From: an uncultured Gemmatimonadales bacterium
GTDB lineage: Bacteria; Gemmatimonadota; Gemmatimonadetes; Longimicrobiales; RSA9
NCBI GenBank assembly: GCA_963708135.1
Contig: OY970192.1
Location: 2,336,001-2,400,000, forward strand
Reading direction: 5' to 3'
Length of the DNA stretch: 64,000 nt
Shown here: piece after piece, positions 33,310-46,151 of the stretch
Layout of the letters: every line of letters starts with the position of its first letter
Position numbering within the stretch: the stretch's first letter is position 1
Translations under genes and position numbers: made by a program
Notes under the pieces: generated by a model
What the model saw: only the letters and a program-made list of their open reading frames with translations
Databases searched by the model: none
What the model was told of the DNA's origin: nothing

Positions 33310-34631
33310 CAGTACTGTCCGGTTAAGCTGAGATGATGATGCCGTAACGGATTGCTACGTGGTGCGTTACGACGTTTTGGTTGCCGCACCGATTTGAACT
33401 TCGCTGCTGCGCCGCTATCCTGCCCGGACCCCCCGGCCGGAGTGGCGCATGAATCCCGGAAGCACGGTTTTCTCACAGGTGATGGCCCACGCATCTCGCT
33501 TCGCGCTCGATCGGTGCATCCGCCGCTACCACGGCAACCGGAGGGTCCGACGTTTCTCGTGTCGGGACCAGTTCCTCGCCATGGCCTTTGCCCAGCTCAC
33601 CTACCGGGAGAGCCTGCGGGACCTCGAGGCCACCCTCGGGGCGGCCCCCGAGAAGCTGTACCATCTTGGCTTCCGTTCGCCGCTCTCTCGCAGCACGCTC
33701 GCCGATGCGAACGAGAATCGCGACTGGCGCATCTACGCCGATTTCGCTCAACGCCTGATCGCAGACGCGCGTCGGCTCTACGCCGACGACACGTTGGGGA
33801 TCGAGCTCACGAACACCGTCTACGCGCTGGATTCCACCACGATCGACCTGTGTTTGTCGCTGTTCCCCTGGGCCTCGTTTCGTACGAGCAAAGGCGGCGT
33901 GAAGCTGCATACACTGCTCGACTTGGCAGGCAGGATCCCCGCCTACGCCTGGATCACGGACGCGAGCACCCACGATGTGCGCATCCTCAATGCGCTCATC
34001 CCGGAGCCCGGATCGATCTACGTCCTGGACCGCGGCTACGTCAACTTCGCCCGCCTCTACCGACTCGATCAGCACCGGGCCACCTTCGTCGTTCGCGCCA
34101 AGGCAAACCTCAAGTTCAACCGGCTCTCCTCAGGACCCGTCGATCGCACCACCGGCGTCTTCTGTGATCAGATCATCCGCCTTGCGCTGCCCCCGTCTGC
34201 CAGGGCCTATCCCGACCGGCTTCGCCGCGTGCGTTTCAAGGACGCAGGGTCCGGGCAGGACCTCGTCCTTCTGACCAACAACGTCGCGCTGCCCGCCGTT
34301 ACCGTGGCCGAGCTCTACCGCCTGCGGTGGCAGATCGAGCTCTTCTTCAAATGGATCAAGCAGCACCTCAGGATCAAGCGCTTCTTCGGCACGAGCGCGA
34401 ACGCTGTGCGCACGCAGATCTGGATCGCGATCAGCGTTTACGTCCTCGTCGCGATCGTCCGCAAGCGGCTCCGGATCGAGCGCGAACTCTACACAATTCT
34501 ACAGATCCTGAGCGTCTATGCGTTCGAGAAAGCCCCTCTCGCACAAGTACTTACGCGTTCGGCCTACACCCCCGAAGTCCCCTCCGATCGTAACCAGTTG
34601 TCGCTCTTCAACTTATAACCGGACACTACTG
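33310..34631 (+). mobile_element. IS4-family insertion sequence, 1322 bp
   Basis: TIRs CAGTACTGTCCGGTTA (33310-33325) and CAGTAGTGTCCGGTTA (revcomp, 34616-34631), 15/16 match. 9-bp TSD AGCCTGGGG at 33301-33309 and 34632-34640. Visibly lower GC. Confidence 0.95.
33449..34618 (+). CDS. IS4-family DDE transposase (DUF4372-type N-terminus)
   Basis: ALDSTTIDL, GVKLHT, DRGY, YRLRWQIELFFKWIKQ (YREK motif). Stop codon lies in the right TIR. Confidence 0.95.
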   Translation: MNPGSTVFSQVMAHASRFALDRCIRRYHGNRRVRRFSCRDQFLAMAFAQLTYRESLRDLEATLGAAPEKLYHLGFRSPLSRSTLADANENRDWRIYADFAQRLIADARRLYADDTLGIELTNTVYALDSTTIDLCLSLFPWASFRTSKGGVKLHTLLDLAGRIPAYAWITDASTHDVRILNALIPEPGSIYVLDRGYVNFARLYRLDQHRATFVVRAKANLKFNRLSSGPVDRTTGVFCDQIIRLALPPSARAYPDRLRRVRFKDAGSGQDLVLLTNNVALPAVTVAELYRLRWQIELFFKWIKQHLRIKRFFGTSANAVRTQIWIAISVYVLVAIVRKRLRIERELYTILQILSVYAFEKAPLAQVLTRSAYTPEVPSDRNQLSLFNL

Positions 34632-34854
34632 AGCCTGGGGGAGAAACGGCGGTTCTACAGGATCGCCCGAAGGTCGGCTACCGAGTGCGCGGCGATCCTG
34701 TCCGTCGCGGAGCGCCTCGAGCTCGGCCAGTCAGCTGCGCGCGACCGCGGCCGTGAGCTCCTCGGTAGGATCGTGCCGATGCTGACCCGCCTGTGCGCCG
34801 CTCACCCACGCACCCACACCGCCCCCGAGCCCCCCGCCTGACCCCCACCCCCCG

Positions 34855-34910
34855 GCGCGCTTGCGCCTTGCGCTTGCCTCTTGCGCTTGCCTCTTGCGCC
34901 CTGCGCCCTC
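34855..34910 (-). repeat. inverted tandem GCAAG-type array (right arm)
   Basis: Reverse complement reads GAGGGC GCAGGGC GCAAGAG GCAAGC GCAAGAG GCAAGC GCAAGGC GCAAGC GCGC. 34857-34877 is the exact reverse complement of 32957-32977. Confidence 0.9.
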
Positions 34911-34913
34911 CGT

Positions 34914-36047
34914 TCACCTCACCAGCCCCTGCCTCTCCATCTCCGCGAAGCTCGCCTCGACCCGGTCCTCGGCGGCCTGCCCGGCGGACCAGGCGAGCAG
35001 CTCGTCCAGGCCCTCGTCGAAGCTCAGGCGCGCCCGGAAGCCGAGGAGCTCCTCGGCGCATCGGGGGTCGCCGATGCAGTGGCGGATGTCGCCGGCGCGG
35101 TAGCGGCCGACCAGGCGGGGGGCGACGTCCACGCCGAGGCGCGAGGCGAGGCGCTCGGCGACCTCCGCGATCGTGACCGGGCGGCCCGTGCACACGTTGC
35201 AGACGCCGCTGCGGGCGGGCGGCGCCTCGAGGGCCGCGAGAACAGAGTCCGCGACGTCGTGCACGTGGATGAAGTCGCGGCTCTGGCGGCCGTCCTCGAA
35301 GACGAGCGGAGGATTGCCGTTCTTCAGCCGCCCCATGAAGATCGCGGCGACGCCGGTGTAGGGGTTCGAGAGCGCCTGGCGCGAGCCGAACACGTTGAAG
35401 AAGCGGAGCGCCAGGGTGGGAATCCGGTACGCCCCGCCGAAGCAGAGGGCGAGCTCCTCCTGCGTCTTCTTCGTGATGGCGTAGATGCTGGTGGCCTGGA
35501 GCGGCTTCTTCTCGGGCGTGGGGAGGGGCGCGAGCGCCTCGCCGCACGCCGGGCAGCGCACGTTCCAGCTGCCACCGGCGAGCTGTGCCTCGGGACGTGG
35601 CAATGGGGCGACGACACCGTGGTTCGGGCAGCGGCCGGCGCCTTCGCCATAGATGCTCATCGAGCTCGCGACGACGAAGCGGCGCCAGCGCGCGGGCTCG
35701 CGCGCCATCTCCTCCATGAGCATGCCCTGCCCGGCCACGTTGACGTCGGCATAGTAGTGGGGCTCGTACATCGACTGCCCGACCCCCACAGCGGCGGCGA
35801 GGTGGCAGACGGCGTCGGCCTCGCGCAGGGCATCCGCCACGGCGGTGCGGTCGCGCACGTCGCCGTGGACGAAGCGGATGCGGCCGGCGTCGAGGTGCGC
35901 CCGGAGGTGGACGGGCGAGGTCGCCTCGGGGCCGTGGACCTGGGGATCGAGGTTGTCGAGGACGGTGGGTTCGTGGCCGGCCTCGAGGAGGCGGTCCACG
36001 ACGTGGGAACCAATGAAGCCGGCGCCTCCGGTGACCAGCACACGCAT
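34914..36047 (-). CDS. NAD-dependent epimerase/dehydratase
   Basis: TGGAGFIGSH, HLAAAVGVGQSMY, ASSMSIYGEG, YAITK, QALSNPYTGV. Confidence 0.9.
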   Translation of the reverse strand: MRVLVTGGAGFIGSHVVDRLLEAGHEPTVLDNLDPQVHGPEATSPVHLRAHLDAGRIRFVHGDVRDRTAVADALREADAVCHLAAAVGVGQSMYEPHYYADVNVAGQGMLMEEMAREPARWRRFVVASSMSIYGEGAGRCPNHGVVAPLPRPEAQLAGGSWNVRCPACGEALAPLPTPEKKPLQATSIYAITKKTQEELALCFGGAYRIPTLALRFFNVFGSRQALSNPYTGVAAIFMGRLKNGNPPLVFEDGRQSRDFIHVHDVADSVLAALEAPPARSGVCNVCTGRPVTIAEVAERLASRLGVDVAPRLVGRYRAGDIRHCIGDPRCAEELLGFRARLSFDEGLDELLAWSAGQAAEDRVEASFAEMERQGLVR

Positions 36048-36093
36048 GCGTCGCTCCGTCGCAACGGGTGGGCGAGTGAACGGGGCGCCGGGA

Positions 36094-38295
36094 TCAGCGC
36101 TCCAGGTCGGACTCTCCGAAGCTTTCCTTGCGCTCGACGGACAGCACGCCGTTGATGCGCCGGATGGCCTTGATGACCTTCTTCAGGTGCGCGAGGTTCT
36201 GCACCTCGACGGCGAAGTTGCCGCGCATGCCGCCCTCGACGGCATGGATCTCGGCCGAGCGGATGTTCGTGCCCGTGCCGGTGATGGCGGAGGCGATGTC
36301 GGAGAGCAGGCCGCGCCGATCATTGCCCTCGACGACGAGGCGCACGAAGAAGCGGTCGCCGGACTCCGCCTGCCACTCGATCTCAATGCGCCGCTCGGGG
36401 TGCTCGCCCAGGTTGAGCACGTTCGGACAGTCCACGCGGTGGACGGAAATGCCGCGGCCGCGCGTGATGTAGCCGATCACGTCATCGCCCGGCACCGGCT
36501 GGCAGCACTGTGAGTAGCGGACCATCATGTTGTCCAGGCCCTGGATGCGCACGCCGCGACCGGAGCCGCGCACGCGGTCCACGAGGCGCTCGAACGCGGA
36601 GGCCGGCCGCGTCTGCGTCGGGTCCTCGCCCGGGTACAGCTCGCGCAGGATGGCCGCGGGGCCGAGCTCCCCGCGGCCCAGGGCGGCATAGACGTAGTCG
36701 AAGTCGGGCAGGTTCAGCGCGCGGGCGGTGCGCGTCATCGCCTCCTCGTCGGGCCGCTCCTTGCGCAGCTTCCTGAGCTCGCGCTCGAGCAGCTCGCGGC
36801 CGAGCTGGACGGAGGAGTCGAACTCCTCCTGCTTGATCCACTGGCGGATCTTCTGCCGCGCCCGCGCCGTCTTGACGAAGGCCAGCCAGTCCCGGGAGGG
36901 GCGCTGGCGGGCGTCGGTGAGCACCTCGACGGTGTCGCCGTTCTTGAGCTCCCTGGAGAGTGGCACGAGGCGCCCGTTCACCCGCGCGCCCGAGCAGTGG
37001 AGGCCGACCTCCGTGTGCACGGCGAAGGCGAAATCGATGGGCGTCGCGCCGCGCGGCAGCTGCTTCACGTCGCCCTTGGGCGTGAAGACGAAGATCTCGT
37101 CCTGGAAGAGGTCAATGCGGAGGAACTCCATGAACTCCTCCGGCTCGCGCGTCTCCTGCTGCCACTCGAGCACCTGACGGAACCAGGTGAGCGTCTCGTC
37201 CACCTCGTCCGACGGCCGGCTCTCCCCCTCCTTGTAGCGCCAGTGCGCCGCGATCCCGTGGTCCGCCGTCCGGTGCATCTCGAGCGTCCGGATCTGGATC
37301 TCGTACAGCCGCCCGCCCGGCCCGAAGATGGTCGTGTGCAGCGAGCGGTACATGTTCGACTTGGGCGTGGCGATGTAGTCGTGGAACCGCTCCTGCAGCG
37401 GCGTCCACTTGTTGTGGATCACGCCCAGCGCGTGGTAGCAGTTGGCGATCGTGTCGGTGACCACGCGGATCGCCATGAGGTCGTAGATCTCCTCGTACGG
37501 ACGGCCCCGCTTGACCATCTTGCGGTGGATCGACCAGAGGTGCTTCGGCCGGCCGTACACCTCGCACGGGATCCCCGCCTGCTTCAGCTCATCCTCGAGC
37601 GGACGGCGCAGCTCCTCGACCTGGTCCTCGCGCTCGCGCCGCCGCTCCGCGATCTTCGCCGCGAGATGACGGTATGGCTCCGGCTCCAGGTGCTTGAACG
37701 CCAGGTCCTCCAGCTCCCACCGGATCTGCGCCATCCCCAGCCGGTGCGCCAGCGGGGCGTAGATCTCGCGCGTCTCCAGCGCGATCCGCCGCCGCTTGTC
37801 GGGCCGCAGGTGCTCAAGGGTGCGCATGTTGTGCAGCCGGTCCGCCAGCTTGATGAGGATGACGCGCGCGTCGTGCGCCATCGACAGCAGCAGCTTGCGG
37901 TAGTTCTCCACCTGCTGCTCGGTGGTGGAGCGGAACTGGACCTTGCCGATCTTCGTGACACCATCGACGATTCGGCCGATCCCCTCCCCGAACTCCGCCT
38001 CCAGCTCGTCGAGCGTGATCAGCGTGTCCTCGACCACGTCGTGCATGAGCCCCGCGGCGATCGAGGCGGAGTCCAGACGCAGGTCGGCCAGGATCTTGGC
38101 CACCTCGACGCAGTGCACGATGTACTCCTCGCCCGACGCGCGCTTCTGTCCGCTGTGCGCCCGCTCGCTCGCCGCGTAGGCACGCGCGATCAGCTCGACG
38201 TCCAACCGGTCGGCGTAGGGCTCGATCGAGTCCCTGAGCCGCTCCGGCAGGCCGTCGAGGGCCGTGCTGCGGGCATCACGCGCGGCGGTGGCCAT
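36094..38295 (-). CDS. relA: bifunctional (p)ppGpp synthetase/hydrolase (long RSH)
   Basis: HD domain (LMHDVVED), KLADRLHNMRT, YRSLHTT, TGS and ACT domains. Start at ATG 38295. Confidence 0.95.
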   Translation of the reverse strand: MATAARDARSTALDGLPERLRDSIEPYADRLDVELIARAYAASERAHSGQKRASGEEYIVHCVEVAKILADLRLDSASIAAGLMHDVVEDTLITLDELEAEFGEGIGRIVDGVTKIGKVQFRSTTEQQVENYRKLLLSMAHDARVILIKLADRLHNMRTLEHLRPDKRRRIALETREIYAPLAHRLGMAQIRWELEDLAFKHLEPEPYRHLAAKIAERRREREDQVEELRRPLEDELKQAGIPCEVYGRPKHLWSIHRKMVKRGRPYEEIYDLMAIRVVTDTIANCYHALGVIHNKWTPLQERFHDYIATPKSNMYRSLHTTIFGPGGRLYEIQIRTLEMHRTADHGIAAHWRYKEGESRPSDEVDETLTWFRQVLEWQQETREPEEFMEFLRIDLFQDEIFVFTPKGDVKQLPRGATPIDFAFAVHTEVGLHCSGARVNGRLVPLSRELKNGDTVEVLTDARQRPSRDWLAFVKTARARQKIRQWIKQEEFDSSVQLGRELLERELRKLRKERPDEEAMTRTARALNLPDFDYVYAALGRGELGPAAILRELYPGEDPTQTRPASAFERLVDRVRGSGRGVRIQGLDNMMVRYSQCCQPVPGDDVIGYITRGRGISVHRVDCPNVLNLGEHPERRIEIEWQAESGDRFFVRLVVEGNDRRGLLSDIASAITGTGTNIRSAEIHAVEGGMRGNFAVEVQNLAHLKKVIKAIRRINGVLSVERKESFGESDLER

Positions 38296-38300
38296 CGTGC

Positions 38301-38996
38301 TCACACCGGTGGAAGGAGTCCTGCCTGCACGAACGAAACGTAACGGGCGTCGCCGATGATGACGTGGTCCACCACGGGAATGCCCAGGAGGCGTCCCGCC
38401 TCCTCCAGCTGCCGGGTCACCGCCCGGTCCTCGGGCGAGGGGGCCGGGTCGCCCGACGGATGATTGTGGACCAGCAAGACGCCGGCCGCGCTCTCCTGCA
38501 CGGCGAGCTTGAAGACCTCCCGCGGGTGCACCGGCGAGGTGTCCAGGGTGCCGCGCGTGACGAGGGCCTCGCGCGTGACGGCGTGCCGCGTGTCGAGCAG
38601 CAGCACCCGGAACTCCTCGTGCGCCAGGTCCCGCATCGCGGGGGCACAGCGCTCGTACACGTCCTCCGGCCCCCGGATCCGGTTCCGCTCGACGGCGCCC
38701 TCGCGTGCGAGCCGCCGCCCGAGCTCGAGCGCCGCGGACACACGGGCCGCCACGGCGGGGCCGACCCCCGCCACCCGGCGCAGCTGCGCGGCCGGCGATG
38801 AGGCCAGGCGCCGCAGCGAGCCGTCCACGTCCCGCAGCAGCTCGGCGGCCACGTCCACCGCCGAGTGCCCTTCCGTGCCGCTGCCGATCAGGATCGCCAG
38901 CAGCTCGCGCGTGGAGAGCGCGGGAGCGCCGTACCCCTCCAGCCGCTCCCGCGGTCGCTCGGTGGCGCACCAGTCCTTGATCGGGTACGTCGGCAT
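38301..38996 (-). CDS. radC: RadC/JAB-domain protein
   Basis: ERPRERL, ELLAILIGSG, HPREVF, HNHPSGDPAPSPED, DHVIIG. Confidence 0.93.
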   Translation of the reverse strand: MPTYPIKDWCATERPRERLEGYGAPALSTRELLAILIGSGTEGHSAVDVAAELLRDVDGSLRRLASSPAAQLRRVAGVGPAVAARVSAALELGRRLAREGAVERNRIRGPEDVYERCAPAMRDLAHEEFRVLLLDTRHAVTREALVTRGTLDTSPVHPREVFKLAVQESAAGVLLVHNHPSGDPAPSPEDRAVTRQLEEAGRLLGIPVVDHVIIGDARYVSFVQAGLLPPV

Positions 38997-39033
38997 GCGG
39001 CCGGCCGCGGCTGGAGGATGAGGGACGGGAGCG

Positions 39034-42375
<3,342 letters not shown>

Positions 42376-42416
42376 CTAGACGTGTCTCAGTCGAGTGAGA
42401 ATTCTATCCGTTGCTG

Positions 42417-43007
42417 CTACACCCCACGGGACGCCCCGATCCGGTAGAGCCCCTCCCGGGCGATGATCCGCTCCACCGCTGCCGGAACCAGATAATGCAC
42501 CGGCTGCGCCTCCGCCACGCGCCGGCGGATCTCGGTGGCGGAGATGTCGATGCGCGTCACGGGCAGCTCGGTACACGCCACCGGCAGCCGCGTCTCGGGC
42601 GCCTCGCCCGCGCGCGAGAAGACGACCAGCCTGGCCAGCCGGGCCAGCTCCTCCGGCGAGCGCCAGGCGTGCAGCTCGCGCACCTGGTCGGCGCCCAGCA
42701 GCAGAAACAGCTCCGCGCCGGGCGAGCCGTCCCGCAGCGCCCGCAGCGTGTCCACGGTGAACGACGGCCCCGGTCGGTCCAGCTCGAGAGTGCTCACCGC
42801 GAAGGCCGGGTTGTCCTCCACGGCCGCGCGCAGCATCTCCAGCCGCAGCGGCGCGGGCGTGAGTTGGCTCTCCCGCTTGTGCGGCGGGATGTGGGCCGGA
42901 ACGAAAAGGACGCGGTCGAGCGCGAGCGCCAGACACGCGTCCTGCGCCACGATGAGGTGGCCGAGATGCGGGGGATCGAAGGTGCCCCCGAAGACGGCGA
43001 GCCTCAC
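42417..43007 (-). CDS. nadD: nicotinate-nucleotide adenylyltransferase
   Basis: FGGTFDPPHLGH, PPHK, SFTVDTL, GAD, ISATEIR. Confidence 0.95.
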   Translation of the reverse strand: MRLAVFGGTFDPPHLGHLIVAQDACLALALDRVLFVPAHIPPHKRESQLTPAPLRLEMLRAAVEDNPAFAVSTLELDRPGPSFTVDTLRALRDGSPGAELFLLLGADQVRELHAWRSPEELARLARLVVFSRAGEAPETRLPVACTELPVTRIDISATEIRRRVAEAQPVHYLVPAAVERIIAREGLYRIGASRGV

Positions 43008-43747
43008 GGCGACCTGGCCGGGGCCTCGGCGATCTGCTTCGCCGACGGGCTGTCCGGGTACTCCTTGAGGAGCCGCTCCCTGGCCGCCTGGGCGTCCTCG
43101 GTGTAGCCGAGCTCCTGGTAGGTCTCGACCATGTGCAGGAGCGCCTCGGGCGCCGTGGGCGTCGTGGGATACTCCTTGAGCACGTCCTCGTAGTAGATCA
43201 GCGCCGAGTCGTACGCGTGGCGCTTGAAGTAGAAGTTGCCGCCGAGTATCACCTTCTGCGCGAGCTTGTTGGTGAGCGTGGCGATGACGTTCTTGGCGCT
43301 ATCCGCGAACTCGCTGGTCGGGTAGTAGAGAATCAGCGACTGGCAGTGCTCGATGGCGGAGCGGGTGTACTCCTGGTCGAGGGCGATGTCGGGCGAGAGC
43401 CGGTCGTAGGCGCGACAGACGCCGAAGCGCGCGTCATCGGCGTACGGGCCGGCCGGGAAGTCGTCCGCGAGGCGCGAGAACTCCGCGGCAGCGGTGACGT
43501 ACTCCTTCTTGCCCACGTAGGCCTGTGCCAGGTCGAAGCGCGCCTCCTGGATCCGCGGCGCCGTGGGATACTGCAGGGCGAGCCGCTCGAAGGCGTCGAT
43601 CGCGCTCTGCCAGTGATGGGCCTGGTACTCCTTGAGCCCGCGGGCGAAGAGCGCATCGGGCGAGAGCGACTCCAGCTTCGGGCCGCCCGCGCAGCCGAGC
43701 GCGAAGCCGAGCAGCAACCCGGCCGGTACTGTCAGTCTCAGACGCAT
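43004..43747 (-). CDS. bamD: outer membrane protein assembly lipoprotein BamD
   Basis: Lipobox ALGC, TPRs, LDQEYTRSA and LAQK...GNFY motifs typical of BamD/ComL. Confidence 0.82.
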   Translation of the reverse strand: MRLRLTVPAGLLLGFALGCAGGPKLESLSPDALFARGLKEYQAHHWQSAIDAFERLALQYPTAPRIQEARFDLAQAYVGKKEYVTAAAEFSRLADDFPAGPYADDARFGVCRAYDRLSPDIALDQEYTRSAIEHCQSLILYYPTSEFADSAKNVIATLTNKLAQKVILGGNFYFKRHAYDSALIYYEDVLKEYPTTPTAPEALLHMVETYQELGYTEDAQAARERLLKEYPDSPSAKQIAEAPARSP

Positions 43748-43888
43748 TCCGCCTCGAAATCGTGATCCGGTCCCCACATCCACCCCTCCTTACACGCGGG
43801 CGGGCCCGAGCGTTTCAAAGATCGTGCGCCGGTGGGGCCCACGCCATGGCCGGATGGGACGGCCGGGGCGCCCGGTCCGCGCGCGGAA

Positions 43889-45007
43889 TCAGTCCTTGTA
43901 GAAAGCCTCGATCGCGGACGCGACCTCCTCGAGCTGCGCCTCCGTCAGCTCCGGGTAAACCGGCAGGCTGATCGCCTCGCCGGCCGCGGCCTCCGCCACG
44001 GGGAGGTCGCCGGGGCGATACCCGAGCGCCGCGAAGCAGGGCTGGAGGTGAAGCGGGACCGGGTAGTAGATGGCGCAGCCGATACCGCTCGCCTCGAGAT
44101 GGGCCTTCAGGCCGTCCCTGTCCCGGGCGCGCAGGGTGTACTGGTTGTATACGTGGTGCGCGTCCTCGTCGGCCGCGGGAGTCGTCACCGCGTCGAGCGC
44201 GCGGAAGCGGGCGTCGTACCAGGCGGCGTTCCGGCGGCGGGCGCCGGCCCAGGCGTCGAGGTGAGGCAGCTTGCGCTCGAGCACGGCCGCCTGGAGCGCG
44301 TCCAGGCGCGAGTTCGTTCCCACGATGTCGTGGTGGTAGAGCCGGGAAGCTCCGTGGCCGCGGAGCAGGCGGACGCGCTCGGCGAGCGCGTCCGCCATGG
44401 CGGTCACGAGCCCACCGTCGCCGAAGGCGCCGAGGTTCTTGCTGGGGAAGAAGGAGAAGGCGCCGAGGTCGCCGAGGGTGCCGGCCTCCCGCCATTCTCC
44501 GCCCACACGACGGCGCGCGCCGATGGCCTGTGCCGCGTCCTCCACGATGGCCAGCCCGTGACGTTCCGCAAGCTCGAGGAGCGGCCCCATCGGCGCCATC
44601 TGCCCGAAGAGATGAACGGCCACGATGGCGCGGGTCCTGTCCGTCAGGTGGGGCTCGACCTCCGCCCCGCCCATGTTGAAGGTGCGCGCGTCGATGTCCG
44701 CGAACACCGGCCGGGCGCCCGCGTTCCAGACGGCGCCGGCGGTGGCGAAGAAGGTGAATGCGGGCACGATGACCTCGTCGCCCGGGGCGAGCTCGAGCGC
44801 GCGCAGCGAGAGCCAGAGGGCGTCGGTGCCGCTGGCGCAGGCCACCACGTGGCGGGCGCCGAGCGCCTCCCGCACCGCGGCCTCGAGGGCCTCCACGTGG
44901 GGGCCGAGGATGAAGCGCTGGGAATCGAGGACCTCCGCCACCGCGGGCTCGATCTCTCCCCTCACCGCCGCCCACTGGGCGCGCAGGTCCAGCAACGGAA
45001 CGCTCAC
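43889..45007 (-). CDS. DegT/DnrJ/EryC1/StrS PLP-dependent sugar aminotransferase
   Basis: SGTDAL, VHLFGQ, EDAAQAIG, SFFPSKNLGAFGDGG, NSRLDALQAA. Confidence 0.93.
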   Translation of the reverse strand: MSVPLLDLRAQWAAVRGEIEPAVAEVLDSQRFILGPHVEALEAAVREALGARHVVACASGTDALWLSLRALELAPGDEVIVPAFTFFATAGAVWNAGARPVFADIDARTFNMGGAEVEPHLTDRTRAIVAVHLFGQMAPMGPLLELAERHGLAIVEDAAQAIGARRRVGGEWREAGTLGDLGAFSFFPSKNLGAFGDGGLVTAMADALAERVRLLRGHGASRLYHHDIVGTNSRLDALQAAVLERKLPHLDAWAGARRRNAAWYDARFRALDAVTTPAADEDAHHVYNQYTLRARDRDGLKAHLEASGIGCAIYYPVPLHLQPCFAALGYRPGDLPVAEAAAGEAISLPVYPELTEAQLEEVASAIEAFYKD

Positions 45008-45050
45008 GGCTGCACCACCCTTCCCGCTCGCGGCCCGGGGCCGCGCACCG

Positions 45051-46151
45051 TCATTGGGGTCGAACCGGCGCGCCCGGGGGCGCGCCGAAGCGGATCTCGT
45101 CGATGCGACGCTGGGCGCGCTGCACGAGCTGGCCCGTGCGCGCGGGGTTCAGCGCGAGCACCTGCATGTAGCACTCGAGAGCCTCGTCGCGGCGCCCCTC
45201 GGCGAGCAGGATCTCGCCGCGGTGGAACCAGGCCTGGTCCTGCAGGTTCTGCGGCACGCCGAGCGTCAGCGTGGTGGCGAGGTCGTCGAGCGCCTGGTCC
45301 TGCTGGCCGGCCTGGATCTCGCGCCGCGCCAGATCGAAGGCGCAGTTGCCGATGTGCCAGCGGGCCTCGTCCGCGTGCGGCCCTTTCGGCGCGCGGTTCA
45401 GGTACGCCTGGAAGTAGCCCATGGCGTCGCGGCAGCTGCCCTGGTTCTCGTCCAGCACACCGGTCTCCCAGAGCAGCGGCCCGGCGCTGTCGGGCGGCGC
45501 GGCGCCGAGCGCGCGCTCGAAGAAGGCCATGGCCCGGTCCGGATCGCCGTTCGCGCTGTAGTAGCGGGCCAGGGCGGGGGCGAAATCCTGCAGCGGCAGC
45601 CCGGGCCGGAGCGCCAGGGCGGCCTCGACGGCGCTGGCCATCCCGAAGCTGTCCCCGCGCGCCAGCGCTTCGTGGGCCATGCGCAGGTAGTCGAAGACGG
45701 CCTGCCCGGCGTAGGACGAGTCCTGCCTGAGCAGCCGGTCGTAGGCATCGCGCGCGGGCGGCAGGCGCTCCGTCCGGGCGTAGGCGTGCGCCACCCGGAC
45801 CAGCACCGCGGCGTCATCCTGGTGACGGCTGAGCGCGAGCCGGTACTCCGAGAGCGCCCCCACGAAATCCGAGTCCGCCCACAACCGGTCGCCGCGCTGC
45901 ACGGCCGTCTGCTCCGCGCCGCACGCCGGGAGCGCCGCTGCCCCGACCATCACGGCCAGCCAGGCGACGAGGCCGCGCCAGCCCCCCGTCCGTCGCGACG
46001 CGCCGGGGCACGGCGGGTCTCCGGCGCGCGCGCGGAGCGCACGGCGGGCGGCGGCAGGGGCGTCGCCTGCTCCAACGACCGGCTTCGGGGACGGGGTCAC
46101 GGCGGGGATCCGGCGAGGCGCCCGGGCCGCGCGGCGCTCAGCTCGCCTCAC
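45051..46151 (-). CDS. TPR-containing putative lipoprotein (start uncertain)
   Basis: Hydrophobic stretch ending LPAC followed by helical TPR-like repeats. Confidence 0.7.
   Translation of the reverse strand: MRRAERRAARAPRRIPAVTPSPKPVVGAGDAPAAARRALRARAGDPPCPGASRRTGGWRGLVAWLAVMVGAAALPACGAEQTAVQRGDRLWADSDFVGALSEYRLALSRHQDDAAVLVRVAHAYARTERLPPARDAYDRLLRQDSSYAGQAVFDYLRMAHEALARGDSFGMASAVEAALALRPGLPLQDFAPALARYYSANGDPDRAMAFFERALGAAPPDSAGPLLWETGVLDENQGSCRDAMGYFQAYLNRAPKGPHADEARWHIGNCAFDLARREIQAGQQDQALDDLATTLTLGVPQNLQDQAWFHRGEILLAEGRRDEALECYMQVLALNPARTGQLVQRAQRRIDEIRFGAPPGAPVRPQ

Larger units (their letters stand above)
33073..34841 (+). pseudogene. four-helix-bundle protein (23S rRNA IVS-protein / Avd-like family), interrupted by IS4
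   Basis: 5' part MEPKK...[10 protein letters not shown]...DQLSCAAFSIPLNIAEGSGEFSLG (33073-33309) joins in frame to EKRRFYRIARRSATECAAIL...RIVPMLTRL (34641-34841) once the IS and one TSD copy are removed; 145 aa. Confidence 0.9.

Noticed and set aside
33073..34841. Diversity-generating retroelement, suggested by the Avd-like fold
   Set aside because: No reverse transcriptase and no TR/VR pair are visible in the window.
32862..34915. Outer short inverted match GAACGG..GAGGG / CCCTCCGTTC, or a target duplication, at the cassette ends
   Set aside because: The match is short and gapped, and no direct repeat was found flanking the arrays; not supportable without an empty-site comparison.
38301..38996. 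radC as a marker of an integrated element
   Set aside because: Full-length chromosomal-type RadC between secA and relA, with no integrase or att sites nearby.
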